A stretch of DNA of 63,944 nucleotides, counting the filler, from Octopus bimaculoides (Eukaryota): NCBI RefSeq assembly GCF_001194135.2. It is 5 parts of 4 records of this genome, joined end to end, with 100 filler letters (N's around TTAATTAATTAA, not from the genome) between each part and the next. Parts side by side here need not be neighbours in the genome. Positions count along the whole stretch, not along the records: positions 25,933 to 46,790 come from NC_068983.1; positions 46,891 to 61,370 come from NW_026314174.1; 3 more parts are not named here. One strand, given 5' to 3'. Position 1 is the first letter of the stretch. Every line of letters begins with the position of its first letter. Position numbers and translations under genes: made by a program. Positions 38,410 through 52,322 of this stretch are shown here, piece by piece. The notes beneath the pieces were generated by a model. It searched no databases and had not been told where the DNA came from. It worked only from the letters and a program-made list of their open reading frames with translations.

Positions 38410-38597
38410 CTCACCACCACTACCACCCCCACCACCACTACCACCCCCACCACCAGTGTCATTATCATTGCTGCTGCTGCTGCTACTACTACTACTACTA
38501 TCACCTTAGTTACCACCATCACTGTAACAACCACTTCCATTAGCATTGTCACTTCAACCACCAGCACAAAAGCCACCACCACTACCACCACTGTCAA

Positions 38598-38639
<42 letters not shown>

Positions 38640-38724
38640 AATCACCACCAACAACAACTCCACTTCTACCAACAAACTGAAACAACTACCACCACCACCA
38701 CCTCCACCACCACCACCACTACTG

Positions 38725-38786
<62 letters not shown>

Positions 38787-38965
38787 ATAATCGTCACCAT
38801 CATCATCAATACAGTCAATTCAACCATTACTCNNNNNNNNNNTACAATCACCACCAACAACAACTCCACTTCTACCAACAAACTGAAACAACTACCACCA
38901 CCACCACCTCCACCACCACCACCACTACCACCACCAACACCACTACTGCCACCGTTGACACCACC
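38410..38965. repeat. (ACC/ACT/GCT)n trinucleotide tract
   Basis: Direct inspection; source of the poly-V/G/A ORFs. Confidence 0.9.
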
Positions 38966-39059
38966 ACGGAAAACAAGCCAATAAGGGAACCTCCAACTAC
39001 TCACTTTTGCTTGTTCGCTTGCTTATGAGGACCCATCAAAGGAGATGACAGCGCTGATC

Positions 39060-39400
39060 CAGGACATTCATCCTCCTCCAACCCCAGCACATTGTTTCTA
39101 ATGGGAGCAGACATGGTTGACAAAATTGTTATGAGATAGACAGATTCTGTGGCATAGAGGGCACTGAAAGTGACTCTTAAACAACAGCCACAGGGGTTCT
39201 GAAGATGACGTCTCCTACCGTCTTTATTGCAGTCTCCTGTGTTTGCTTTCAAAGCACTCTTCTTTCTCCGACATCACATGCAGGCTGCCATGGCTTCTGA
39301 TTAACAGCCAGGGCCTCCAACTGACTGGGAGGGACACCGCATAAAATGAGCGACCACTTCAGAGGATCAAGAAAATGAAGGACATCTGAAACTTCACTTT
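39060..39400 (-). mobile_element. RTE LINE 3' end with C-terminal Cys/His motif
   Basis: LKWSLILCGVPPSQLEALAVNQKPW...FQCPLCHRICLSHNNFVNHV. Confidence 0.7.
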
Positions 39401-41883
39401 TATGATCATTTAACTATTCATGCAATTTGTTAAATGTAGCAACTAAATCCCTCATAAACCACACACTATCATCTTAAAAACAAAGAAAGAAGAGTACACT
39501 GGATAGTGCCATGGATATATTATTTGAATAAGATGGAATGGTCGTGACTGGAATGTCTTTGATTGTATAACTATGATCATCTTTTATTTACAGGCATCTA
39601 AGACTACATGACCTAATATGTTAGGCCCTTATATATACAGGTTGTCGTCGACTTAGAATCTATCTGACTTATGATCGATCAACTTAATGACGATTGGCAC
39701 ACCAGCTCCGGGCAGCAATAATAAATAGTCCAATTGAAATCTAATGGGTTTAATTTCTTAGAGATTAACCTTTCTATGGATGATGTCAGCTGACAAATGC
39801 TTCATCTAACAAAGTGTTGGATGAGTATCCTGTCGTGGAGACATCGAGGTAACCTTGTATTTGTTTATAAAAATGACTGCTTGAGATTCTGAAATTTTTG
39901 ACTAACGCCAGTATAATACAGAATGCTGTGTGTGTCTTTTACCTGAGAATGTACCTTAAGACTGTAAAAAAAAAAAAGCAATGCTATGTATAGGCCTACA
40001 GGCTGACTTACGACCNNNNNNNNNNNNNNNNNNNNNNNNNNNNNNNNNNNNNNNNNNNNNNNNNNNNNNNNNNNNNNNNNNNNNNNNNNNNNNNNNNNNN
40101 NNNNNNNNNNNNNNNNNNNNNNNNNNNNNNNNNNNNNNNNNNNNNNNNNTATATATATATATACATATATATACATGAATGTATACATATATATAGATAT
40201 ATGTATACACATATATATCTTTAAGAAGAGGATATTGATATTGATAAAGTCACACTATTTGAATGTTTTTATTGTTAAAAATGATCTAAAACAAATTTTA
40301 AAGAAAGAGATATGGGCTTGATATAGAAGATGTAAAGAAGACTTTTGTAAGTGACGCACAACAATCATCTCCACATCTTTTATCAGGCCTGTTTTAATTT
40401 CATGGACTAAAGATTATTTTGATACAAATTATTTTGAATAACACACTCAGACACAGACACACACACACACACACACACACACATTCTTTTTTTCACACAT
40501 AGACACATTCAAATGAAATTTTTTAAATAATTGAGAGAAGAGTACTAAATACATAGTAGTGAGTATACTAATAGCTTAAAGTAAATCTTTTTTTTTTTAC
40601 AACTCAAGTTTCATGTCAAATGTTCATGGAAGCAGTATCCATGATTGTTGTAGCAATTTATTCCCCAATTCATTGGTTATTCTGCTTGCATTGGTTGATT
40701 TTGCTTGCATATTATATCCGGCTTCTCAGGGTTGCTACTTTTTACATTACATGTCTTTTTTTATTATTTTTAGGATGTTACTTATTAGTAAAGTCTTTAT
40801 GGATCGATTTCATCATTATATCTTGTTTCACTAAATTCTGTTTATTTCATCATTTTATCCTGCTTTACCAAATTGTTGAGTCTTAATATGTTTTTTATTC
40901 TTTGATTTCTGTATTTACTCTGTTGGGAGTTTGTGTGTGTATATTGTATCTGGTGTCTCTAAATTGTCATTGTATTTAATAGGTTAATTTGTTAGCCACT
41001 TTCTTCTCCTGTTCCACTGGGGCTGGCATTGTTATATTTCCACTGTCCTTTCTGCTGTTATCACATTATCTTACTGGTATCTTTTATCTTGTTTCTTTTA
41101 TCTCTTATGCTTGTTTCTGTCATTGGACTGTGGGCATGCTGGGACTCTGCCTTGAAGGGTTTTAGTCAACCAAATCAGCCCCCAGTACTTATTCTATTGG
41201 TTGCAAATGCTGAATCACTAAGTTGTCAAGTAATAGTGGGAAGGAAACACACACACACACGAGGAGCTTTCAGTTTCTGTTTACCAAACTCACTCACAAG
41301 GTTTGGGTTGGCCTGATGCTATAGCAGAAGATACTTGCTCAAGGTGTCATGATCTGCCTTGAAAGGAGAAACCACCCCTGTTATAGACATGTGTTTTGTA
41401 TAGTAGTTTGTAATGTTATACACACTTTATATTATGAATTACAATTTTATTGGGTGGAACCCTGGAAAGTGTTCTGCCTAACAACATATTTTATTGTTTT
41501 GAAATGTGACAAGTCTGGCATTGGTGTTTATAGTTACCACGGCAAGTTTATGATTACACTATGTTATTATATCACTTATATGATAAACTGTTAGCTGTTG
41601 TGATTGCTTTTTGATAGAGATTTAAGAGTGGATGCCAATAAGTCAGACATTATTTAGCTTTCTAAGGTTTTGTAGTGTCACGTCTGCTTGTCAAGCCAAG
41701 TAGCAAAGTCTTCTTTCTTTTTTGCCATATGAATTTCCTTTTACCAGGATTTAATGATGGCTGAATTTAGTTTAATATTGGTTTCAAAGTTTGGCACAGC
41801 AATTTTGGGGGAGGGGATAAGACAATTACATTGACTTCAGTGCTCAGCTGGTGCTTATTTCATCAACCCCAAAAGGATGAAAG

Positions 41884-42201
41884 GAGGTGCAATGACCCAG
41901 TGGTTAGGGCAGCGAACTCGCGGTCGGAGGATCGTGGTTTCGTTTCCCAGACCAGATGTTGTGTGTGTTTATTGAGCGAAAACACCTAAAGCTCCACGAG
42001 GCTCTGGCAGGTTGGGTGGGGGGGGGGTGACCCCTGTTGTACTCTTTCGCCCCAACTTTCTCTCACTCTTTCTTCCTATTTCTTGAGTAACGCTGCGATG
42101 GACTGGCATCCCGTCCAGCTGGGGGGCGGCACTTATGCCATAGAAACCGGGAAACCAGACCCATGAGCCTGACTAGGCTTTAAAAAGGCGGGAAAAAAAA
42201 A
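41884..42201 (+). mobile_element. tRNA-derived SINE family C inserted into a family A SINE
   Basis: Head gaggtgcaatgacccagtggttagggcagcg...gtttcgtttccc and A-tail. TSD atgaaag at 41877-83 and 42202-08; the host SINE A continues on both sides. Confidence 0.85.
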
Positions 42202-42700
42202 ATGAAAGCAAAGTCGACCTTGGCGGAATTTGAACTCAGAATGTAATGACAGATGTAATGCCACTAAGCATTTTTCCCAGCATGCTAATGATTCTACCAG
42301 CTCACCACCTTTGAATTTAGTTTAGTATTAATTATGAACATAAGGTGGTGAGCTGGCAGAATCGTTAGCACACGGGGCAAAATGCTTAGAGACAGTTTGT
42401 CTGTCTTTCCTTTCTGGGTTCAATTGCCACTGGGGTCAGCTTTGTCTTTTATCCTTTCGGGAGTTGATAAAATAAGTACCAGTTAAACACTGGGGTTAGT
42501 CTAATCGACTTAGCCTCTCCCCTGAAATTGCTGGCATTGTGCCAAAAGTCGAAACCAATGTTAATTATGGGAATTTTGCCAGTTAAATTTTTTATCTTTT
42601 ATCTTTTCCTTGTTTCAGTCATTAGACTGTGGCCATGCTGGGGCACCACTTTGAAAAATTTTAGTTGAATGACTTAATCCCAGTACTTAATATTCTTTAA

Positions 42701-42918
42701 CCCTTTAACATCCAGATTACTTTTTCAAGTGTAATGTTTATGCATTCATTATTTGGAATTAACAAGGCATTACCTTATAGCTTAGAGATTTTGACGATGT
42801 GGTTGTTAATTTTTAGAATGACATTGTAAGGGAAATATGAGAGGTCAGATCTAGCTGGTTTGAACATAAAGCAAGTAGAATATTTGTGTTGAGTATGGCC
42901 AGTTTAAATGCTAACGGG
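42701..42918. mobile_element. piggyBac-like MITE
   Basis: TTAA|cccttta(a/g)cat...atgcta(a)cggg|TTAA. Partial copies at ~35815-35945 and ~36515-36628. Confidence 0.75.
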
Positions 42919-44842
42919 TTAAAGTCTGGTACTTGTTCCATCTGTCCCTTTTACCAAACTGCTAAATTTCGGGGACATGCACAAACCAACACCATTTGTA
43001 AAGTGATGGTGGGTAACAAGCACATGCACGCAGACACTCATTCACTCACACATACACACACACACAAATACATATATAAATATATTACCAACCACATGGT
43101 TCCAGGTTCAGTCCTACTGTGTGGCACTTTGGGCAAATGTCTTCTACTATAGCTTAGGGCCGACCAAAGCCTTGTGAGTGAATTTGGTAGACAGAAACTG
43201 AAAGAAGCCAATCGTATACATANNNNNNNNNNNNNNNNNNNNNNNNNNNNNNNNNNNNNNNNNNNNNNNNNNNNNNNNNNNNNNNNNNNNNNNNNNNNNN
43301 NNNNNNNNNNNNNNNNNNNNNNNNNNNNNNNNNNNNNNNNNNATATATGCTGGTATTCTATTTCAGATAATGCAAAAAAATAACCTAATGAGTGTATCTG
43401 AAAGTAAACTCATGGTATCCGTTTGCACATCATGAAATAATACTTTAAAGAACATAACCAGTATATCAGCAGGGTATATAATATACTTCGTTAATTATCT
43501 CCTACTTAAGTTAACACTTAGATTTATTAATTATGACAGAACTACATGTGTTTCAGTATTGGAAGATTACAGTCAAATGTCTTATATAAACTTTGTTTAT
43601 TCCATGTCAGACCATGCCTTCTCTGATAGATAGGCCCCTTGATCAGGACAGATTTGTGGAATTTTTTTCAAAGAAACTTCGTTGAGAATATTTTCCTTTT
43701 TAAATTATTTACATGTCTGTTCAACTGTTTTACATGACTTTATTCATTAAAGCTTATTAAAATTTCAGAAGTTCTTACAACTTTGGTCGTAGCAATGCTT
43801 TGCTTTCATTTGTTTAATAAAAATTCCTCCTCGTAATGATTTTGCTTTCATTTTGTGATAGGCAACTATCATATCAGAAAATGCCAGCTTCCAAACCCTG
43901 TTTTCTGACTGGGAAAAAAACGATTAAACTTTAAACCTCAGTAGCATTTTTGTGCAATGTTTCTAAAACAAATAAATAACAAAATCAGATTTTACATAGA
44001 AAATACCAAATTTGAAAATTTTGACGTAATTTTAATCTCACAATATGTGACAGCAACAGGGAAGACCCTACAAATATAGGGAGACAGACAGTAATAGGAC
44101 ATGACAGACAGACAGACAGACACTCACACACACACATATTTAGAAATGTACACACAGATAATCATGTGTTTAAAATGGTGTATAGTAGACATATGCATGC
44201 ATGTATGTACATATGGATGCACATATATATGTATGTATGTTTGTATGCATGTGTCTGTGAGTGAGTGTTCCTTTGTGATGGACAGCAGAAAAGCCACATA
44301 CCCCGCTCTTTCCTTAACGCTATTTATTCCTCACACCCACCTATTGCCCCTTCCTGGGCATTTTAAAAGTTACTTATGTGATTGTGTGTGTACTTGTGTG
44401 TGTATATGTGTGTGTGTTGTATGTATGCATGAATGTATGTATTTGGAAAAGTATGTATGCACCAGAGATCAGTGTAGTCAACTAACCGCTCAGACTCAAA
44501 AACAGCTGGACTTGTGCCGAAATTTGAAGGCATTATTTCTGAAAATTAATAAGAAACTACAAGTGGTTTAATTTATATATTTGTAGCCAACCAAATGCTT
44601 TCATTTGGTGAATAACATGTGTCACTGCTGTGGAGTTCAGCATACAAAAACCTTTGCATTCTCTTGCCCTGCTAGAAATGGCTGCTTTCTGTAATGTTTA
44701 AAGAAAAAAACAATAAGGACAAAACATTGTCACAGCACCATTTATTTGCTCGTATAAGGCAGACCCAAGTAGTTTACACTTGTTGAGTTCCATTTTAATA
44801 ACATCGAATTTAAAGTGATTTTTGGATGAAAATCTTTCATTG

Positions 44843-45066
44843 AATTCATGACCCTTGAAAAATGTAAAAAAAAAAATGTTTAAACATCAAACTTTGTTTA
44901 CAATTGTTTCATATGCAAAGAAAGGGTGTATTTAATATCGGTCTGTGGAGTCCAGTAAATGTTTTGAGGGTTGTAAGTTCGATCAAAGATTACGTCTGTA
45001 GAAAAATGTTTCATGCTTTTTGTTTGATGATTAAACTTTGTTCACAATTTTTGAGGGTCATGAGTT
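44843..45066. repeat. ~224-bp MITE-like element with ~45-bp imperfect TIRs
   Basis: aattcatgacccttgaaaaatgt...gtttaaacatcaaac versus gtttgatgattaaac...acaatttttgagggtcatgagtt. Confidence 0.65.
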
Positions 45067-46000
45067 TGATAAAAGATTTACATCCATGGAAATTCTCTTT
45101 AATTTAAATGTTATTTAATAACTCTCAACACATAGAAAGCGTTTGAATCAGCCTCAAGTAAGGAAATACATGGTACTGTGTCACAGTATTTTGTCCTTCT
45201 TGATTCTTAGACATTATGGTGTAGTATAAAGAAAATTTGGCAGCTATTTCTAGCAGGTCGACAGAGCATATAAAGGTTTCCATAGAGATCATCATATATA
45301 ATATGCCACCAAATGAAGGCTTTTGGCTGGCTGAAAATGCATAACATTAAATGCTTGTAAGTTCAGAACTACATGTTTTGAAAATAATCTGATAAAAATT
45401 TGAAAAACTTCAAGTGGTTGGAAGAAATTTAACATGACTCCACTGACTTAGATTTCAACTCATTCCTACTTCGAGCTGCATCTGTTCTGGTTTTAACTGG
45501 TGTTTCCCTCATACTAATGTTGTCTAAGGTCATCAGGCCATATACTTCAGCAAACTGCATTCTTGTGTTCTTGACTGGTTCATGTAATCTTCAATGTTAA
45601 ATAAATGTAATTCGGTTAAATTGATATTTACTAAATGTTTCACATTATCGTGTTAATCATGTTAGAGAAGAAAATGTGTGAGAACAGAACAAGTCAAAGG
45701 AAAAGAAATAAAAGATATTGATACATAAGAAACTTTTCAATAAATCTTCAAACATACTTTATCTTGAGTTAAAAGGCAAAGCAGTAGCAGAACAGTAAAC
45801 AGAGGTTTGAACAATAATTTTCAAATTTTGACACAATACTAGCAATTTCAGGAGAGAATGCGAGTCAATTAAATTGACTCCAGTGGTCAACTGGTGCTTA
45901 TTTTATTGACCTTGAAATGTTGAAAAGCAAAGTCAGCCTCAGCAGAATTTGAACTTAAAATGTAAAAACAGACAAAATGCTGCTAAGCATTTTGCCCTGC

Positions 46001-46039
<39 letters not shown>

Positions 46040-46049
46040 NNNNNNNNNN

Positions 46050-46082
<33 letters not shown>

Positions 46083-46113
46083 CTGAAATGTATAGTATTG
46101 AATATGCATTGTG

Positions 46114-46307
46114 GCTGTTCTTACCAATCAGTTTCATGTAAAGAATACAATGGAGTGTTAGGTAACAAACTGATTATATAACTTTACACTCATCAGAGCA
46201 GTCACCATATTCACTTCCATATTGGTTACACTGATGAGTGTAAAGTTATATAATTGGTTTGTTATCTCCATTGTATTCTTTATGCAAAACTGATTGGTAA
46301 AACCAGC
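46114..46307. repeat. Foldback hairpin (~80-bp arms)
   Basis: taccaatcagttt...aaagaatacaatggag...attatataactttacactcatcag is mirrored on the right arm. Confidence 0.85.
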
Positions 46308-46889
46308 TGTGATGGATATTTGGTACTATGCATTTCAGATAGTATACTCACTTTACTGACATATATGAGTGCATCTCTTCTCTAACTTATGGTCTCTAAG
46401 ATGACACATGCATGTGTACACACACACACACACACATACATATATAATGCATCCATCATTCAATAATGTTAAGCTTTAGCCTGTAAAGTCCAATGTGGAA
46501 CAACTCCAATATAGTTTATTTGGTTTTAATGATATAGTGGAACAATCAAGCTGTTAAATGCATGTGTGTGAGTCTATCTGTATATGCAGGCTTATATATA
46601 CATAAACGCAAACATATGAACACATATGTTCATGCATATATTCAAAGTTTTTGTATATTAATATAATTTACATGGGTGTGTTTATCAAAACATACATGAG
46701 GTATGGGCTTTGAGTTTATATCTCTACATGTTAAGATGTTTAAGTGATCCATAACATGGAGTATGTAGCATATATATATATATATATATANNNNNNNNNN
46801 NNNNNNNNNNNNNNNNNNNNNNNNNNNNNNNNNNTTAATTAATTAANNNNNNNNNNNNNNNNNNNNNNNNNNNNNNNNNNNNNNNNNNN

Positions 46890-46890
46890 N

Positions 46891-46929
<39 letters not shown>

Positions 46930-47074
46930 GTGTGTATTTCCGCGTGTGTGTAATGTGTAGTTACATATTTCTGGGCTCGTTGTTAGATGTGTCTGTTTAC
47001 ATGCTTGCATGCGTGTATGTGTATATGTATGTATGTATGCATATATGTATGTGTAGTTGCATGCAGTTACATAC

Positions 47075-47105
<31 letters not shown>

Positions 47106-47213
47106 TATATACGGATATGTGTGTGTGTGTGTGTGTGTACGTATATATGTATGCATGTATGTGGATATATATATATGCATATATATATTTATATAGTTAT
47201 GTATGTATGCATG

Positions 47214-47272
<59 letters not shown>

Positions 47273-47924
47273 TGTATGCATATGTGTGTGAATGAACGTC
47301 ATTATATGGTGCGTAGGGATGTGTGTGTGAATGTGCGCGTGTTTATGTAATGATGTCAATGTGTGTTTATGCATGTGCATCAATATATATAGGCCTTTGT
47401 TGTCAATGTGCATGCATATATGTATGTATGTATGTATGTATGTGTGTGTATATATGTGTACGTTCGTATTTCTCCTTATGTATGTCACTACGTGTGACCC
47501 TATGCACATGAGCGCATTACTTGTTCTGTGCATGTATGTGGGTATATATATGTGTGTGTGTGTATGTGTATGAATGTGTGTGTGAGTGTGTCTGTGTCTG
47601 CGTGCGTATGTCTGAGTCCACTTGTGCCTGAATGACTATAAGTGTGTGTATGTATGTAAGCCCTTTACCTATTTGTGTATGCGTGTATGAATGCACGCAC
47701 GCATGTATGTGTGTGTGATAGTGGGAGAGAGCGTGTATTTCTACGTATGTATGTCAGTAAGGTCAATGTGTGTATGTGTATGTGTTTAGCCACTTGAGCC
47801 TATGTGAGTCAGTTGTGTATGTATATGCGTGTATCAATTTGCATGTATGCATTACGTAAGCATGTATTTGAATATCTGTGTATGAATGTGTCACATATGA
47901 GTATGTGTGTAGATTTTGGCACAC

Positions 47925-47983
<59 letters not shown>

Positions 47984-48224
47984 CACCCACATATATATAT
48001 ATACATACATACACACACACACACACACATATATGTATATATAAATATATATACATACATATAGGTGCATGATCATGTATATACATGTACATATGTACAT
48101 ATATACATATGAACACGCACGTACCAACACATACACACAAGTATATACATCACAAATACAGGCATATGTATATTTGTGCATGTGTGTATATATATGTATC
48201 CTTACATATGTGTGTCAGCGTACG

Positions 48225-48255
<31 letters not shown>

Positions 48256-48984
48256 CATTATATGAATATATACACACACATACATACATATATATATATA
48301 TCATTATATGAATNNNNNNNNNNNNNNNNNNNNNNNNNNNNNNNNNNNNNNNNNNNNNNNNNNNNNNNNNNNNNNNNNNNNNNNNNNNNNNNNNNNNNNN
48401 NNNNNNNNNNNNNNNNNNNNNNNNNNNNNNNNNNNNNNNNNNNNNNNNNNNNNNNNNNNNNNNNNNNNNNNNNNNNNNNNNNNNNNNNNNNNNNNNNNNN
48501 NNNNNNNNNNNNNNNNNNNNNNNNNNNNNNNNNNNNNNNNNNNNNNNNNNNNNNNNNNNNNNNNNNNNNNNNNNNNNNNNNNNNNNNNNNNNNNNNNNNN
48601 NNNNNNNNNNNNNNNNNNNNNNNNNNNNNNNNNNNNNNNNNNNNNNNNNNNNNNNNNNNNNNNNNNNNNNNNNNNNNNNNNNNNNNNNNNNNNNNNNNNN
48701 NNNNNNNNNNNNNNNNNNNNNNNNNNNNNNNNNNNNNNNNNNNNNNNNNNNNNNNNNNNNNNNNNNNNNNNNNNNNNNNNNNNNNNNNNNNNNNNNNNNN
48801 NNNNNNNNNNNNNNNNNNNNNNNNNNNNNNNNNNNNNNNNNNNNNNNNNNNNNNNNNNNNNNNNNNNNNNNNNNNNNNNNNNNNNNNNNNNNNNNNNNNN
48901 NNNNNNNNNNNNNNNNNNNNNNNGAGAGAGAGAGAGAAAGTGGCGCAGCAACATGCATGCATGCCGAATAGAAACACATCAAAC

Positions 48985-49036
<52 letters not shown>

Positions 49037-49252
49037 ATGTGTGTGTGTGTGTGTGTATATGCACACATCGTCGTGCATATGTATTAATATATATTTATAT
49101 ATATGTGTGTGTGTATAGATATATATATACATGTATATATATTAGTGTGTACATATGTGTACATATGTATATATATTAGTGTGTACAAGTGTGTACATAT
49201 GTTTGTATATGTATGCATATATATCTACATCTATCTATCTATCTATCTATCG

Positions 49253-49308
<56 letters not shown>

Positions 49309-50216
49309 ACATTCATAAATATGAATCGCACAGACATATGGGCGCATGCACATAACGACATGCACACATATATATATATATATTGTCACTTACACATTCA
49401 CTTTCAAGTGAAAACGCCCATGAAGCGCATAAACACATCACCGATCCCGCACGACTCACCCCTGCACACGGAAGTACACGGAAGCTCACGGAAGCATACG
49501 CGCGTGCGATGCAAGCTTACGTTTAAAGACACACTGAAATACCTTTAAAGATACGCCCGTTCGCATATTCATACATATCCACTCGGACGGATACACGCAT
49601 AAAGGGAGAGAGAAATATAAAACCAAGTTATGCATATACACACACATATGCGCGCGATTACGCACGCACTTTTACACGAACAAAAATATGCGAACGTAAG
49701 CACGTAGAAATCGTAACTCGGTATGCGTTCATACATGCATATAAGTGCAGGCGTAGGCGTAAGTGTGTGCTGAAGAAGGTTGCTTCCCAGTCACATGAAT
49801 CTAGGTTCATTCCCACTGCGTGGCACCTTGGGTAGATGTGTTTTGCTACACCCTCGGGCTGACCAAAATCTTTTGAGTGGATTTTGTAGAGGGGAAACTT
49901 TTAAGCATCACAAGTCCCTATAAGAGGTCCTCTCAAGTTGAATAACGCACTATTCTCTGTTCTAATACATTTACATTAAGTTAGATATAGTGATTGCCTT
50001 TTTGCATTAATACTGCTTCTGTCACCATTAATGATATATATGCGCAAACACATACACACACGTGCACCCACGTACGCACATACACACACACATACACACA
50101 CAAATATACGCACATAAATATACTGACAATAAATAAACAACGAAAGAGATGAAGAGACATCTTAGAAGGCATTGTTTAATAGTACCAAACCGATGGAACA
50201 TCAATGAAAATAATTG

Positions 50217-50251
<35 letters not shown>

Positions 50252-50504
50252 TTTATATATGTGCATACGTATTACATACATAGATAATACATACATAATA
50301 CGTACATACATATATACATACAACATACATATGTACGTTCATACTTGCACACACACATGTACACATATTTATGTGTGCATATGTGTGTATATATATATGC
50401 GTTATGTTTGTGTGTGTATGTGTGCGTACATATTAATACATACAGAAATATATTAATACAAGCACACACATACACACACAAACGTAGATGCTTATATCCC
50501 TACA

Positions 50505-50562
<58 letters not shown>

Positions 50563-50869
50563 TGCATATCTATATGTATTTATAGATGTACTTTCCAACT
50601 TATAATTATTTAGAAATCTCCCCCCGAGGAAGGAGCTGGTTTCTAAAGAGATTACAAAACTTTATCGTTGTAGTGTAAATAACTAAAACAATTTCACATT
50701 TTCAACTTCAGAAATGTCTTGTATATTTTTACTGATGTACTTACAGATCGTATTTGCAATGATTTTGAAGTACAGACTGTCGCGAGGCTTTCGGAAGGAA
50801 GTTTGCGTATTGTGTTAATCGCTTTCGTTATTTGCATCTTTTCAGACACCCGTGTTATGGAGTAGCGTA

Positions 50870-50919
<50 letters not shown>

Positions 50920-51030
50920 CACATACATACACTCATGCACACACACACATACATTCATAGATACATACATACATACATACATACATGTATACATACAAAC
51001 ACACAAACATACATACATACATACATACAT
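46890..51030. repeat. Compound (TA)n/(TG)n/(CA)n microsatellite field with gaps
   Basis: Direct inspection; all ORFs here are YI/CV/HT repeats. Confidence 0.9.
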
Positions 51031-51270
51031 GCCTCATCTTCGAAACGCCTAGTTTAGAATAGAAGCAACTGATGAAGGAATAATTCCACAAGTAGCCCGT
51101 CTGTTTTTCTATGTGTTCGTTCTGTTGCCTGTAAAGAAAGTCCGTTTTTGTGCTTTATGTTCCCGTTCATTTTTCTGACGTCCTGTACCCGGATATGCAT
51201 CTATATATACATGTAGATGTAGGTATGTACATATATGTATGTATACATGCATATGCTCATATATCATTTG

Positions 51271-51309
<39 letters not shown>

Positions 51310-51538
51310 TAATGCACAATATCTGGATTTAACTAATCCAGTGGTGTCCACAAAAAGCTCCTTTAGTAGATCAGGCTACAAACCACATAGGAAACCAATA
51401 CGTAGGAATATAATGTATAGTCCGATACAATTGATATCCAATAAATCCAATTACTAATGATTATTTCGTTAAGAGCTCCTAAAGAAACGAAAGGAAAATT
51501 CACACAAATGACACAGACGTCTTCTTTCCTCGTCATAG

Positions 51539-51570
<32 letters not shown>

Positions 51571-51754
51571 AATATCTGGTATGGACCAGGATGAAAAGTA
51601 GAGCTAGAGATGGCCCAGAATTATTCTTAATGGAACAACACTATCTTTCGAATAATTGTCTTTCCTATAAGAAATGAAATTGTTTTCTAGTATGTGTGCG
51701 CAGTCTGATGTCTAAAGCACTGTCCTTCATCTAGCATTCAATACTAATTGCTGG

Positions 51755-52322
51755 TAGGCGGCGAGCTGGCAGAAACGTTAGCGCGCCTGGAGAAATGCTT
51801 AGCGGTATTTAGTCTACCGTTGCGTTCTGAGTTCAAATTCCGCCGAGGTCGAATTTGCCTTTCATCCTTTCGGGGTTGATTAAATAAGTACCAGTTACGC
51901 ACTAGGGTCGATATAATCGACTTAATCCGTTTGTCTGTCCTTGTTTGTCCCCTCTATGTTTAGCCCCTTGTAGGCAATAAAGAAATAAGAAACGTTAGCA
52001 CACCGGGAGAAATGCTTAGCGGTATTTCGTCTGCCGTTACGTTCTGAGTTCAAATTATACCGAGGTTGAATTTGCCTTTCATCCTTTCGGGGTCGATTAA
52101 ATAAGTACCAGTTACGCACTGGGGTCGATGTAATCGACTTAATCCCTTTCTCTGTCCATGTTTGTCCCCTCTATGATCTGAGTTCAAATTCCACCGAGGT
52201 CGACTTTGCCTTTCATCCTTTCGGAGTCGATAAATTAAGTACTAGTTGCGTACTGGGGTCGATCTAATCGACTGGCGCCCTCCCCCAAAATTTCGGGCCT
52301 TGTGCCTAGAGTAGAAAAGAAT
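51755..52322 (+). mobile_element. Three head-to-tail copies of SINE family A
   Basis: Core ttctgagttcaaatt...gaggtcga..ttgcctttcatcctttcgg..tcga.taaataagtac recurs at ~51825, ~52043 and ~52177. Confidence 0.85.

Noticed and set aside
39638-40015. Tigger-like TIR fragments (caggttgtcgtcgacttag; gacttacgacc)
   Set aside because: Too short, in the same orientation, and cut by a gap; an element cannot be defined.
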